From positions 54,560,001-54,624,000 of the forward strand of contig OX597830.1 in assembly GCA_951406725.2 (NCBI GenBank): a stretch of 64,000 nucleotides of DNA, given 5' to 3'. A program made the position numbers and the translations under genes. Source of the DNA: Octopus vulgaris. Taxonomy: Eukaryota. The notes under the pieces are model-generated. The model saw only the letters and a program-made list of their open reading frames with translations, was not told where the DNA came from and searched no databases. This document shows, piece by piece, positions 49,336-63,385 of the stretch (position 1 is the stretch's first letter; each line of letters opens with the position of its first letter).

Positions 49336-50570
49336 TCTCACTATAATGGGGATTATGTCCGTCTGTCTGTTCCCTCTTCACGGTCAAACGGCTGGACCAA
49401 AGGTCACGATGTTTTTCACGATTACAAAGTAGGTAATCAGGAAGATTTTTAGAGAAAAAAAAATGTGAAAAAGTATGATTATTTAGTGGATATTGAATTT
49501 GGTATTAAAAATCAACTTTGATTTTTTTGTTAAAATTCCGGCGACGAGGATTAACTCTGGATCCCCGCCCCCGTATAGTTCATGAATTTAGAGGATTTTG
49601 TTTTGCGATACTATCCCTTTATTTCCCATGGTAGATGGCCAGATTTGCTATCTTACTATAATGGACGTTACTATAATGGTCCGTCTGTCTGTCTCTTTCT
49701 CTGTTTCCTCTTCACGGCCAGATGGCTGGACCATTGGTTACGACATTTTTCGGGATTACAAAAGCGGTCGTCAGGAAGGGTTTTCGCATTAAGAAAATCA
49801 GAAAGTATGATTATTTCGTGGATATCGAGTTTTGAATTGATATACCTATTTCTTTACTACCCACAAGGGGCTAAACATAGAGGGGACAAACAAGGACTGA
49901 CAAACGGATTAAGTCGATTATATCGACCCCAGTGCGTAACAGGTACTTATTTAATCGACCCCGAAAGGATGAAAGGCAAAATCGACTCGGCGGAATTTGA
50001 ACTCCGAACGTAGCGGCAGACGAAACACCGCAAAGCATTTCGTCCGACGTGCTAACGTTTCTGCCAGTTCGCCGCCTTCTTGAATTGATATACCACAGAA
50101 AATATCGTCATAAAAGAGTTTTGTAGTCATTTTGATACTATCGAAAGGAATATGATTCATAATTTAAATAAGGAAATTTGTGAACTTTGAATGTATAAGA
50201 GTATAAACAAGCGTAAAATAGTGTAAACAACTAATATAAAAGTATATCTAAATAGCATTTGTTTTCTTAATACTTATGTAGTGGTCGGAGGAAACTCTGG
50301 CTTTCGTTAGGAGTGGTCCGCATAGCCATTCATGATACTGAGGCTGGGAGCTTATTTCAGTTCGAGAGTGAATCATCATCACATGTCACTTAGTCACAAA
50401 CACATGTCATATAGCTGCAATGGAATGCTGTATCACCAAATATAATATAACTTCTCTAAGACATCATCCAGTAATCTATAAAGTCCGTTTACATATTTCT
50501 CAATACATACTGCTTTTATGACTTCGTTACCTCATTCTATACCTCCATCGTATATGGGTAGATTTGCTAG
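49336..50570 (+). mobile_element. Head-to-tail pair of non-autonomous Helitron-like elements (49336-49650 and 49651-50570)
   Basis: Both start A|TCTYACTATAAT...ccgtctgtctgt and end CCAT-n5-ATGG...agatttgCTA(G); CTAG|T at 50567-50570. Confidence 0.6.
49847..50079 (-). mobile_element. Family M SINE
   Basis: 15-bp TSD ttgaattgatatacc at 49832-49846 and 50080-50094. Confidence 0.87.
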
Positions 50571-51483
50571 TAAAAATAATTACAAGTTCTAGATAGCTGC
50601 TGGTAAATGTCTTATATTATTTGTATTTAAAGTATTAATCATTAATATGTAACTTGTAATCATCAATCGTATCAATCACATTAATCTTAGAGCGTGGCCT
50701 AGCAAAGTCAATCACGAACACTGCTTCTTCTCTTCTCCTGACAAACTGTTAAAATACAAAACAAATTCACCGAAAACGTTGTTAAATTATATGTTTTTCA
50801 ACATTACAACTAAATAATATGGAAGACATCTTAAACAATTAAAGAATGGCAAATAACGTCAAGGAGATTACAGTTGATTCTTATCAACTGACTGGTGCAA
50901 TCTCTTTGAAATTGATTGAAAAATGTCCATCAAGTATTTCTACTGTTACCAACACATGTACAAAATTTCAAAGTTAGCAGAGTTTGGAATAATTTAAAAG
51001 AAATTGAAAGGATTTAAATTGTACAAAAGAAGTAAACTTCAACTTAGATTAAATGGAAAAGAAATTGCAGACGACACTTTAAAACATTTGATGAAGTCAG
51101 TAATGCAAGAGATAATTTTTTTTACAATTCAGATTATCGGTGATAACCAGCAAGGGATTAGAAACAAGTCATTTTAAACAGGGAGTTTGGGAAGAAAGGG
51201 ACCGATGTGCATGTCATTGGTGAATGACGACGAAAGAACACTGACAAAGCAGTTGATTGATTGATCGAACTATTAACCTTGATATCGATTAGCTAATTGC
51301 CGCTGCATGTGCGTTTTATTGGTAAAATAACCTTACGCAAGATACGCCCACATGTAAAACAACTTTATACAACGTAGATTCAAAATATTCAGGAATGGAG
51401 ATATACATACACACATACTCATATACATAAATACACACGCGCGCGCACATCTCCCCACATATGTGTGTGTGTGTGTGTTCGTA

Positions 51484-51597
<114 letters not shown>

Positions 51598-51631
51598 GAG
51601 ATAAGGTAGGTAGATTGATAGATTTATATTT

Positions 51632-52860
51632 ATAGGGTGTGGCAGGCTTTTGAGGATGCTTAATTACCAGTGTATTACTTTCTTCAAACCAATTAAAATA
51701 TTTTTCTTTTCTGATCTTCCATAGCAGATAAAATACTTACACAAGAAATGAAATGACATGAAGTCGTTGTTGCCCTTTGTGCAGAACGCAGCAATTTAGG
51801 AACTACCAGCAGTCTAAATGTTGCAAGATCTCTTGTACATAAAGTTTGGATGAAATTGGAAGCCTATAGCGGAAGCATATCAAGCGTATCAAAGAGAAAA
51901 ACAAACATTCTAAAAGTTTGGACACTATAAAGACACCGCAGTTCATCCTGCATATTCAAAACATTTACAGTGAGGATCCTAGAAGATTAATGAAGGCCAC
52001 GCCAAAGAACTTCAGGTGTTGGAGAGGTCTATCAGAGCTGTGGCAAATGAGGACATTCGATACCAGTCGTATGTACTCAGGAGAGGCCAATTCATGTCCG
52101 CAAAGACATAGAAAAACCGATTAATTCGTGCCAAGCGGTTATTTAACAAAGTTAGAGATTTTCACGGACATGTCATGCTTGGTACTTCTCTGATGAGAAA
52201 AACTTCGAAGAAACCCAAAAGTGCATCAAGATAAATGATAGTTGGTCATGCGCGGATCCTTCTGATGCCTCCAGAGTGATGCACATGAAGTTTCCAGCAA
52301 TTGTGATGGCTTGAGGAGTGATGAGTAACAAAGGTTATACCATGCTACTTCACATTTTCCCACAGGATCTTACAATTAATGTTGCTGGATATGTTGAGGC
52401 ACTAAAAACCGTTGTTAAACTCTGGATGGGTGAAGTACGCAAAATATGGCTATATGTGTTTCAACAAGCCTCAGCGGCTTCTCACAGGGACCATGTAACC
52501 CAAGATTGGATGTCAGATAAACCTTACGATCATGTAGCATTAAACATGTGGTCTCTACAATAGCCAGATTTAAATTACTTGGGTTATTATGCTTGGAACG
52601 TTGCCGAAAGGGAGACTAATAAACCTCTTCGCTGTACCATAGGCTCACCGAAAACCATTATTATCCAGATAATGGCCCAAAACGAATAAAGACCATTTAG
52701 TACAGGCGGGTCAACGATTCAGGTCCTGCATGGAAGCAGTCATTGAAGATGAAGGTGGATTCATTGAATAATCTTATAAGAAAGCTTATCGGGAACATAT
52801 GCACAGATTTTTGTTAGAATACTTTCAGCTTTTGCTACATTAGTATTGTTTTGTTGAATT
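51632..52860 (+). mobile_element. Decayed DD37D (maT-like) transposon
   Basis: SDEKNF, MHMKFPAIVMA*GVMSNKG, YVFQQASAASH and MWSLQ*PDLNYLGYYAW remnants. Confidence 0.78.
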
Positions 52861-52922
52861 ACCAAATATGTCCTGAAATACTACTCGCAACCAGCAGCGC
52901 ATGCGCGTGTGTATGTGAGCGC

Positions 52923-52957
<35 letters not shown>

Positions 52958-53071
52958 TGTATGTATGTATGTATGTATGTATGTATGTGTGTGTGTGAGT
53001 GTATACATGCATGCATGAATGTATTTATGCACATAAATATAAATATATATACATACATATACGTATATATA

Positions 53072-53108
<37 letters not shown>

Positions 53109-53300
53109 GTATATATATGTATGTGTGTGTGTGTGTGGATATATACATGTGTGTATGTATGTATGTATGTGTGTATGCATACATGTACGTATATATGCAT
53201 GTATGTATGTGTGTATATGTATTTATGGTGATGGAACAAGAAAATAAAGCTCAAAGTTTGAGCAAATATGAATGTATACGCGTATGTATATACGTATATG

Positions 53301-53358
<58 letters not shown>

Positions 53359-53401
53359 ATATATACATACATCCCTATATACATGCATATATATATATAT
53401 A

Positions 53402-53443
<42 letters not shown>

Positions 53444-53689
53444 CATATGTTCACACACACACGCGCGCGCGCGCGCAGACACACACATAATATCATATAA
53501 TATAATGTAATTTATTATTTTGTATATTTAGTTTCCGTGTTTTTCCCTCATTTATTATTAACGCCTCTTTATGAAAGGGTGTAATGCACACTGCGTTCTA
53601 TTCAATGAGCCTACATTCATTCATTCATTTATTTATTTATTTACCTGTTTATTTATTCATTAATATATTTATCTATTTATACAAAACCC

Positions 53690-53737
<48 letters not shown>

Positions 53738-54389
53738 ATATATATATATATATACATACATACATACATACATACACTCCTTTACACCGTGTTCTTCTAT
53801 TCTGTAGTCATAATGCAATTGGTTCACACAAGATACTTTATTTGTAATTTTTCTGTTTGTTTCCGCTTCATTACTATACGATATGTTTGTAACATTCCCT
53901 CTATGTTGAATAGAGTTCTTCTATATTGTTGCATAAGTTAGTGAAATTATTTGAATATCCGTCATTGACTACGTTTTTCTTTCATCCTATAACTTTCTTT
54001 GTATAGTTTTCCTGCTTTTATGGAAGAGAATCTAAAGAGGATTCTGCTAAACTGCGATTCGTTTCAATATTCATAAAACCCTGATGTTTTATATGGTCGT
54101 TTGTGGATATTCACTGTTGTATACATGTGGATATATAGAATGGATTCTGTTACTGTTTCGTGTAAGGGTACATACATACACAGATAGCAGATACATATAT
54201 AGTGTGTGAGTGTGTGTGTAAGTGTGTGTGCGTGCTCGTGCGTGCGTGTGCGTATATGTGTGTATATGCACATATCTGTATGTATGTAATTATCAATAAT
54301 GAAATTTATATTTACTCAAACTTTGAGCTTTATTTTTCTTGTTCCATCATCATAAATACATATACATATATACATATGAATGATTTCTG

Positions 54390-57160
54390 CTTTGAGTCGT
54401 GAAGTAGCAGCACTCAGAACCAGTGTCTGTCCGAAAACTCACAGCGAAAGGTCATATCGGAGTGCCCTGCTCAGCAACTTACCTGTAGCTCGTACAGAAC
54501 CTCAACGCATCGAGGGAGTTGCTGAACCAGCCACTCATGAATAAATAGCCATCGGAGTGCCGGAAGATGTGGTAGATCTGCAGGCATTCATTGGAAACAC
54601 AGTTAGGGATCTCAGCTGTGTCCCTCCAAAAAGTGCTTCCCGCCTTGGCCGACCGGAATCCAAACCCAGGCTGATCAGGCTGTTGCTTACGGGCTTTACT
54701 GAGGCGCGGACATTCCATCTGGCTACTGATAGAGCTCGGGGTAACAACATTATCAACTTTAGAACACGTCCTGGCCTATCACCCGATGTACGCCCAAAGC
54801 TAAGATCTGTAGCTTCCCTAAATCGCAACTCTGTGCCACAGGAGAGTTTTAGCCTTCGTGATGATGGGCAAATCTGGAAATTTGTCAAGTCTGGTGAGTC
54901 GTGGATAAGGGATGCCAATTGGACTGAGCAGACTACACCCACAACAACAACTGGCAATACAAAAATCTTGGGAAACTAACCAAGAACAATCAGCCATCCC
55001 CTGTATATCATCATCTGAAATCCAGATATAAACTGCTGTCCTTGAATGCCCGTAGTTTATGCAACAAGGTGCATCTTTTTGACTCCTACGTCAAAAGTAT
55101 CAACCCAGATTTCATCACAGTCACGGAAACATGGGCACACTCTGTACTCTGTGATGGAGTTTTCAGCATAGCCGGCTACAACCTGTTTCGCAAAGACCGC
55201 ACTAATCGCCGTGGAGGCAATCCCCTGTGATGATTTGAACCAATCTCAGCAGGAAGTATTTTCTGCAATATACACATGACCATGTCAACACTTCTGCTCG
55301 GAGTCGTTTACCGCCTCCCAAATTATCGCCAAGACGCACAGCTTTTTGATGTCCTCAGAGCTGCTGCCATGAAAACAGCCATGTATGTGTATATTGCGGG
55401 CGACTTCAATTTCCCTGAGATTGACTGGGAGGCCTTCCGTTGGCCGCAAAGTGCAGACGATTTCCTTGAACTGGTGCTGAATTGAAATTGGTCCCAAGTT
55501 GTTACTTCCCCCACAAGGGGTAACAACACTTTGGATCTGCTACTTACCGCTTCTCCTGAAACAATCATTAATGTCACTACCGAAGAACCTTTAGGTGACT
55601 GATCATTCCTTGATCATGGCCGACTTGTCTCTGATTGGTTGTAACAAAAAACACAACCATCTTCAGACTGCCCGCTTTGACTGGAATAAAGCAGACTGGA
55701 GCTCTTATTGTACTGAGCTGCAACGCCCAAACTGGCTCGAATTTTATGCCTCTGGAGATGTGGACACTATACTCCAGAACATTCTGAATTCAATATGGGC
55801 AGCATGTGCAGCATCAGTACCACGCAAGCACAAAAAAACCACCCAATAGTGCAATTTGGGAGACTGCAGCAGTCCGACTTGCCAGGAAAGAACGCCGTAA
55901 TGCTGAACAGGAATACAAATTGCACAAATCAGAGAGCAACAGGAAAAAGCGCAATAGGTCAGCCAACCACCTCAAGCAGGTGACAAAAAAGGCAGTGCTT
56001 GAATTTGAACAACGCATTGCAGCTAACCCTGACAGCAAAGTGTTCTGGAAGTATGTGCACTCAAAGCAGAGACCCCACTCTCCAGTTGGTCCCCTTCGCA
56101 ATCCCCACACAGGACAGAATACTGGCAATCCTGAAGAATGTGCAGAAATCATTGCTGGATGCTATGCCGGCATCTTTACTGTCGAAGACCAAAATGTTCC
56201 ATCTTCATCACCACTGACATCGGACTCTATATCTACTATGCAATTTACACCAGCAATGCTGCAACGCTACCTTAAGAATAAACGCAATTATGCCTCTCCT
56301 GGTCTCGATGGTGTTACATACCTACTTCTCAAACGCGGTGGGTACTTTCTTCTAAGCCAACTTTCACTATTCTTCCAATTCTGTCTTGACAATGGTGTTA
56401 CTCCAGAACAGTAGAAAACTGCCAGTGTCATCCCTCTGTTCAAAAAAGGCGACCGCACATCGCCTGTCAACTATCGCTCCGTCAGTCTTACTAGCTGCAT
56501 CGCCAAACTGATGGAATCCTGTATCAGAGAAACCCTCTGGAACTTCTGGAAGTCTCACAGCCTCATCCAGCCGTCACAATTCGGATTTATTCCGAACTCC
56601 AGCTGCTGTAATCAACTCATCGAGTTTCTTGAGGACGTTACCCAAATCACTGATCGCGGATCCTGGATGGATGTTGTTTACCTGGACTTTGCTAAGGCTT
56701 TTAACTCTGTGCCACACAAAAGACTTATGGTAAAGCTTTCTGCGTTGGGTGTAAGAGACGAACTCTATAACTGGTTGAAGTCCTTTATTTTCGGCCGAAA
56801 AGAGGTTGTCACAGTTCTAGGACAGCACTCTTCGCCCTATGAGATGACATCTGGTGTACCACAGGGATCTGTTCTTGGCCCCTTTTTATTTGTTGCATAT
56901 GTTAATGACATAGATGCCAACTTAAAGAATGCCACAGTGCTGAAATATGCAGATGACATCAAGCTGTACCTCGAAATAAAGAGGTCAAATCCTGTACACT
57001 ATAGATCTCTATTGCAAGCAGACCTCGACACAATGCAGCAGTGGATCATGGACTGGCAACTCAAGCTGGCTGTGGACAAATGTACCACCATGCATTTTGG
57101 GAGGAGAAACCCAGCGTCCACCTACTCCCTCCACAACACTAATCTCAAAAACTCTTCATG
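54390..57160 (+). mobile_element. CR1-clade LINE: ORF1 C-terminus plus APE-RT ORF2, disrupted and 3'-truncated
   Basis: ORF1 RLGR...PRLI ending ILGN*; APE motifs LNARSL, ITVTETW, AGDFNFPEIDW, TRGNNTLDL and TDH; RT motifs YLDFAKAF, SGVPQGSVLGP and KYADD; in-frame TAG at 56412 and frameshifts. Confidence 0.92.
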
Positions 57161-57573
57161 TAAACGGGGTTTATCCAAAACACTGCTTGTTTCTTTAAAT
57201 TTCTTGATCAATTTCCCGACGGCAGTAAAAAAAATAGGTTACCTATAAGGGTGTCGAAGATTAAATTCTTACGCAATTTTGCGATAAGACCATCCCTCTC
57301 GTCCACTTAATAATACTAACTCGATTCTTTCTTCTTTAGACAGATCCATCATTCGATCTGGGATTCTTTCTTCTTTAGACAGAGTCATCATTCGATTATC
57401 TGTAGAAAAAATAACAAATAAATTTAGAAAAGTAAAGTATTTTTTAAATTTAATTTAAACAAAAGTAAAAATGGAAAATTATTATTTCTTATATTTGTTT
57501 ATGTTATGATTTTATTCCATGTACCAAGACTTCGTGGAGACCCTAAAATTGATTTGATTAAAACCCATTCAAC

Positions 57574-58635
57574 ATGGAGCATTTAAGGCACATATAATTC
57601 TTTATGAGTACAATAAAGGTAACTCTGCAGCCGAAGTGACTCGAAACATACACTCAGTTTATGGGAAAGTGCTTAAAGGAAAGAACTTGCAGGAGATCGT
57701 TTGCAAAATTGAAGATGAAGATCGAATAGGATGTCCAGTTGAGTTTGATGATAAGCTCCTTGAAGCATTACTTGAAGAAAATCCGTCATTATCAGTTGAA
57801 GAATTGGCAATAAAGCTTACTTCAAACCATACAACAGTTCATCGTCATCTTCAACAACGTGGAAAGATTCCTAAACTTGAAAAATAGGTGCCTCATGTAT
57901 TGTCCGAAAGCAACCGCAAATCCCGAGTTGAGATCTGCTCTTCTCTCCATTCTCATAAACTCATTTCACCCTTTTTCGATAGACTTGTGACGAAAATGGA
58001 TTTTCTATCGAAATGTTAAACGTCGTAAACAGTGGCTTGGTAAAAGGGAAAATGCTCAACCACAACCGAGAAGGGAACTTCATGGGAAAAAGGTTCTACT
58101 CTATCTGGTGCGATCGCAAAGGCGTAGTTCACTTTATATTGTTACCACCTAATGCAACAATCAATGTTCAAGTCTAGTGTCAGCAATTAGAGCGTTTGAA
58201 CCAAGCTTTGAAGGAAAAAAGAGCCACTTTAGTGATTCAAAAACGAGTGATGTTTCATCAAGACAATGCGCAACCCCACACTGCAAAGATCACATCACAG
58301 AAGATCGAAGAGGTCGGTTTGGAAAAATTTTTTCATCCACCTTATTCTCCCGACCTTACTCCTTCAGACTACCATTTGTTTCATAGTTCACAGAATTATT
58401 AGGGGTACACAACTTTCGCAAGCCAGGAGAGGTCGAACCTGACATTTCAGAGTTCTTCGCTTTGAAACCAAAAGAGTTTTACATTGATGGGATTAAAAAG
58501 CTTGTAAATAGATGGAAGTAAGTCGTAGATAATCAGGGAAAGTACATTGATGATTAACTTTCAATTAAATATAATATTTGATCACTTGGATTCTTTATCC
58601 AAAATTCGGACAGAACTTATGGGATGACCTCAGAT
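57574..58635 (+). mobile_element. Decayed mariner transposon
   Basis: LYEYNKGNSAAEVTRNI, VPHVL, FHQDNAQPHTAK and HPPYSPDLTPSDYHLF; right TIR cttatgggatgacc. Confidence 0.88.
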
Positions 58636-58819
58636 ATATACACCGGCGAAAATATATTTAAGACAGACGATAAAAGTTCTATTTCTTACAAAATATTTTG
58701 TTACTAACACCATACAAATTATTTATATCTTTTACACCTTATGCAAAATTTATTTCTCTTTCGAATGATGCAAACAATTTTTATACAACTTGAAGAATTC
58801 TAATGCTAAATTAATATAT

Positions 58820-58985
58820 ATTTCTCTACTGCCCACAGGGGGCTAAACATAGAGGGGACAAACAAGGACAGACAAACGGATTAAGTCGATTACATCGACC
58901 CCAGTGCGTAGCTGGTACTTAATTTATCGACCCCGAAAGGATGAAAGGCAAAGTCGACCTCGGCGGAATTTGAACTCAGAACGTA
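58820..58985 (-). mobile_element. Family M SINE, 5'-truncated
   Basis: Homologous to 301-533. Confidence 0.82.
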
Positions 58986-59487
58986 ATATAAACGTTTCAA
59001 ATTTACCGGCAAAATTAGTTAAAGACCATGTAATATGTATGCAATTTTTTTGCCAAAATGGGTGGTCACACAACGAGCCTAAATGCACCATATAAAGTTA
59101 TAATTTAATGTTATTATACAATTTATTAATAATGGGAAAACAACGTAGCCTTAATCCAGTCATGAGAGCAAAAATCGTATATTACAGCAAAAAGTTTCCT
59201 TTTCGAACATCAGCAAGCAACTAAAGTGCAGGAAACCGCCAGTGTGTATATTATATATAATGTATATAATACGAGAATTTTAATGGAGATAACCTGCAGT
59301 ATATAGTACAACATTTTCGTCTCCGTATATGAGCTAAGAATTAATAAAATGTGGTATACGATAAAAATTTCGGATATTTGTCTTAAAACATTCAGACAAG
59401 AAAATTCAGATGTAGCACATGAGGTATTATTCCATACGAATATACACATACTTATATTAAGAGTTTCATGATAAAAATATAAAAATA

Positions 59488-60055
59488 TTGGGTTGTCCGG
59501 AAAGTTCGTGCCGATTTATAGTAAGCTTATCTTTCGACTTATTTTAGAACATGTTTGAGTCCATAAAATAGGATTTGACTACACCTCCATTTAGAGCACA
59601 GTTTAAGCTATCTTTTCGTGGAAGAAGGTTTATGTTCCTATAATCTGTGTTAATTCTGTAACCCTTTAAAATAAAAGATGAGAAAGTTCATTTTCGGCAC
59701 TTGATGCTTTGGGAACCAGACAAAAATTGCTGCAGCTCGGGCTGAAATGTGTTACCCCACCTTCCATATTTACCAGATATTGCTCCTTCGGATTTCCACT
59801 TATTCAGGTCTCTGTAGAGTAGTCTTAATGGTAAAAATTTCAATTCCTTGGATGATGTAAAAAGATACCTTGATGAATTCTTTGCCATGAAACCCCCTCA
59901 ATTCTGGGAAGAGGGTATTTTCAAGTTAAAGGAAAGATGGAGACACATTGTGCAAGAAAATGGTTCATATTTGGTTGATTAAAAATGTAATGGCAAGTAT
60001 TTATTGACCTTTTCCTTTCCTTTAAAAATTGGTACAAACTTTCCGGACAACCCAA
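59488..60055 (+). mobile_element. Internally deleted mariner element
   Basis: TIRs TA|TTGGGTTGTCCGGAAAGTT and AACTTTCCGGACAACCCAA|TA; LPHLPYLPDIAPSDFHLFRSL. Confidence 0.88.
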
Positions 60056-60240
60056 TACATTGGGGATCCACAGTAGTAATTTGCTTTAGATGTATTTATT
60101 GGTATGTATTGCAAGAAACAGCTTGGTTACTTTCTCTAATGTTTTACATAGTCCACTCTACACAAGTTAATGTGTGAGAAACAAAATAGGAATTTTGGAA
60201 GAAGTTTCTATAAAACTAGTTTTTAAACATGCATGTCTCT

Positions 60241-63045
60241 GGATGCAGGCCTAGCTGTTGGGGGTGCTTGTCTCCCCTTCGTAAACATAAGGACACAGGA
60301 AATGTGTCAAAGCCGACAGGAAGCGTCAATGCTTCCTAGGGCTAAATAGCAGTGGTGTGATTCCCTTTACGGGACTTTCATGAATGACAATGGCCAGAGA
60401 CTACTTGAATTTTGCACATACCATAACCAGTGCATCACTAACACATTCTTTGCCAACAAGACATCCCACAAGGCATCTTGGAGACATCCAAGATCTCACC
60501 ACTGGCATCAGCTGGATCTCATCATTACACGAAGACCCTTTCTGAATTCTGTTCAACTGACTCGTAGTTACCACAGCGCGGATTGTGACACAGATCATTC
60601 ACTAATAAGAAGCAGGGTGAGGATTCAGCCTAAAAAGTCCATCACTCCAAGAAAATGGGCCGACCACGCATTAACACTGCCAGAACCTCCAACCCTACAC
60701 TGCGACAATGTTTTGCTCTTTCTATCAAAGTTGCCCTCAGTAGCTGCCCAACCACCTCTGCTGAAAGTAGGTAGAATTATATCAGGGAAGCTTTGTATAC
60801 CACATCAATAGATACTTTCGGCATGAGAGAAAGGCAAAACCCAGATTTTGATCAGTGCTGGGCTCTCCGAGCTGGAAACAGTTATCGAAACAAAGCGTGC
60901 AGCTCTGATGTAATACAAGAGTGATTCTTCTATAAAGTCACTCGAAGAACTCAGAAAGGCAAGAAATAAAACCCAACTGACTGCCAGACGCTGTGCAAAT
61001 AGGCATTCGCAGGAAATCTGTCAGAGTATCCAGTCAGCTGCTGACAGTGGCAACAGCCGTGGGATGTATGCCGGTTTGAAGAAGGCCCTCGGTCCATCCG
61101 CAACCAAGTCAGCCCCTCTGAAATCAACTACTGGGGATCTCATCAAGGACCAAAGCAAGCAAATGGATAGATGGGTGGAGTACTACCAGGAACTCTACTC
61201 ACGAGAGACCACGGTAGCTGAAGCTGCAATCGAGGGTGTCAAGATTTTGCCAGTCATGTGTGAACTTGACAGTCTGCCATCCATAGCAGAGCTCACCAAG
61301 GCTATTGACTCCCTAGCTAGTAACTCCGGGAAAAGACGGCATCCCCTTAGAGATCATAAAAACCGGCAAAAACACCATCCTGCTTCGGCACATTCATGAG
61401 CTTCTGTGTCAGTGCTGGGAAGAGGGTACAGTCCCTCAGGATATGCGGGATGCTAACATCATTACGTTTTACAAAAACAAAGGTGAACGTGGTGATTGTA
61501 ACAATTACCGTGGAATATCTCTTCTAAGCACTGTTGGAAAGGCCTCTGCTCTCATTATCCTGTCCAGGCTGCAATTGCTTGCTTCTCGAATTTATCCAGA
61601 ATCTCAGTGTGGCTTTAGAAGAAGCAGATCAACTATTGACATGATATTCTCCATACGCCAACTTCAGAAGTCCAGAGAGCAGAAAATGCCATTATATATG
61701 GCCTTCATTGATCTGACAAAAGCCTTTGACTTGGTAAGTAGAAAAGGCCTCTTCATCCTGCTCCAAAAATCGGATGTCCACCAAAGCTGCTGAGGATCAT
61801 CACATCTTTCCATGATGATATGCAAGGCACCATACAGCACAATGGTTCAACATCAGCCGCCTTCCAAATAAAAAATGGGGTAAAGCAAGGTTGTGTCCTT
61901 GCTCCTACATTATTTGGCATCTTCTTCTCGCTGCTGCTATCACATGCCTTGTGACATCAGATGATGGAGTGTTTCTGCGCAGTAGAAGTGATGGGAAACT
62001 GTTCAATCTCTCGCGTCTGCGTGCCAAGACCAAAATCAGAAGCGTCCTGATCAAGGAGATGCTATTTGCTGATGATGCCGCTCTGGTATCACACACAGCA
62101 GAAGCCCTACAAAGGCTCATCAACTGTTTTGAGCAAGCATGTGGCAACTTTGGCTTATTTATCAGCCTCAAGAAGACCAACATCATGGGTCAGGCTACAT
62201 CGACCATCCCAAACAGACATATTGGAAACCACAGACTACAGGAGGAGGAGAAGTTTACCTATCTTGGATCTACCGTCACCTACAACCTATCCCTTGATAC
62301 AGAGCTCAATATACGCATTGGCAAGGCAGCTGCTGTGATGGCCCAACTCTCCAAACGGGCATGGGACAACAATAAGCTGACCAAGACCACAAAAATAAAG
62401 ATTTACCAGGCATGTGTACTTAGCACTCTACTGTATGAAAGTGAAACTTGGACGCCATACACACGCCATACGACGCCATACGTCGCCTAAATATCTTTCA
62501 CCTGCGCTGCCTCCGGAAATTTCTTCGCATCAAATGGCAGAATCATGTCCCCGACAAAGATGTCCTCAAGCAAGCAGGAATACCAAGCATGTTTGCACTC
62601 CTCACACAAAGACGTATGAGATGGCTTCGACATGTTAGCTGGCAGAATCCCCAAGGACATACTCAACGGAGAGCTTGTTAGGGGCACTAGGTCTGTGGGA
62701 AGACCGTTCTTACGATACAAGGATGTTTGCAAAAGGGACATGAATACCTGCAACATCAATATTACCAACTGGGAAGCAGTTGCCAGCAACCGTGGAGATT
62801 GGCGACATACCGTAAAAGAGCGAACACAAAGGAGTGACATAGAGGGAGAGGAGAAAAGGAAAGACAAGAAAAGACGTCAACAAGAAAGTATGACATTACA
62901 ACCAGCCAGGCAGGGAGTGTTTGTCCAGGATAGGACTACACAGCCACAGCAGGAGATGTATTAGAACATGAAATGCAAAAGCCGGACTAGATTATTTTAT
63001 GCGCAACTCCATTGTCTCCCGAGACAAAAAGGATGCCAACAACAA
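60241..63045 (+). mobile_element. RTE (BovB-like) LINE, disrupted
   Basis: APE MNDNGQRLLEF...WRHPRSHHWHQLD...DTDH; RT NYRGISLLS, PESQCGFR, AFIDLTKAFD, GVKQGCVLAP and LFADD; 3' tail tccattgtctcccgagacaaaaaggatgccaacaacaa; multiple frameshifts. Confidence 0.93.
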
Positions 63046-63331
63046 TATATATGGATTTCGTAGACAGGAACTGAAACAAATCAATCGTATATATATGTAT
63101 ATATGTAAGTGTATGTGTGTGTCTTTGTCTCTGTGTTTCGCCCTCATCACTGCTTTACAGCTGCTGTTCATTTATTTACATCCACAAAACTTACTGGTTT
63201 CACAAGAACAAACTTATAGAATAAGTACTAGGCTTATCAACATAAAAAGCACTAGGCTGTGTCTCATATTTTTGTTTGCCCACTCAGTTGTATCTATCAA
63301 TTTATCTTTGTGTGTGTGTGTGTGTGTGTGT

Positions 63332-63385
<54 letters not shown>

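Noticed and set aside
50830-51110. Possible hAT transposase C-terminal relic
   Set aside because: The similarity is too faint to support by eye.
52190-52215. CTGATGA...GAA hammerhead-like string
   Set aside because: It is the SDEKNF coding motif of the transposase, and stems I and III are absent.
56511-57248. 245-aa RT ORF as a functional or domesticated gene
   Set aside because: It is part of a CR1 ORF2 with an upstream stop and frameshifts, and it is truncated near 57160 where it runs into unrelated sequence.
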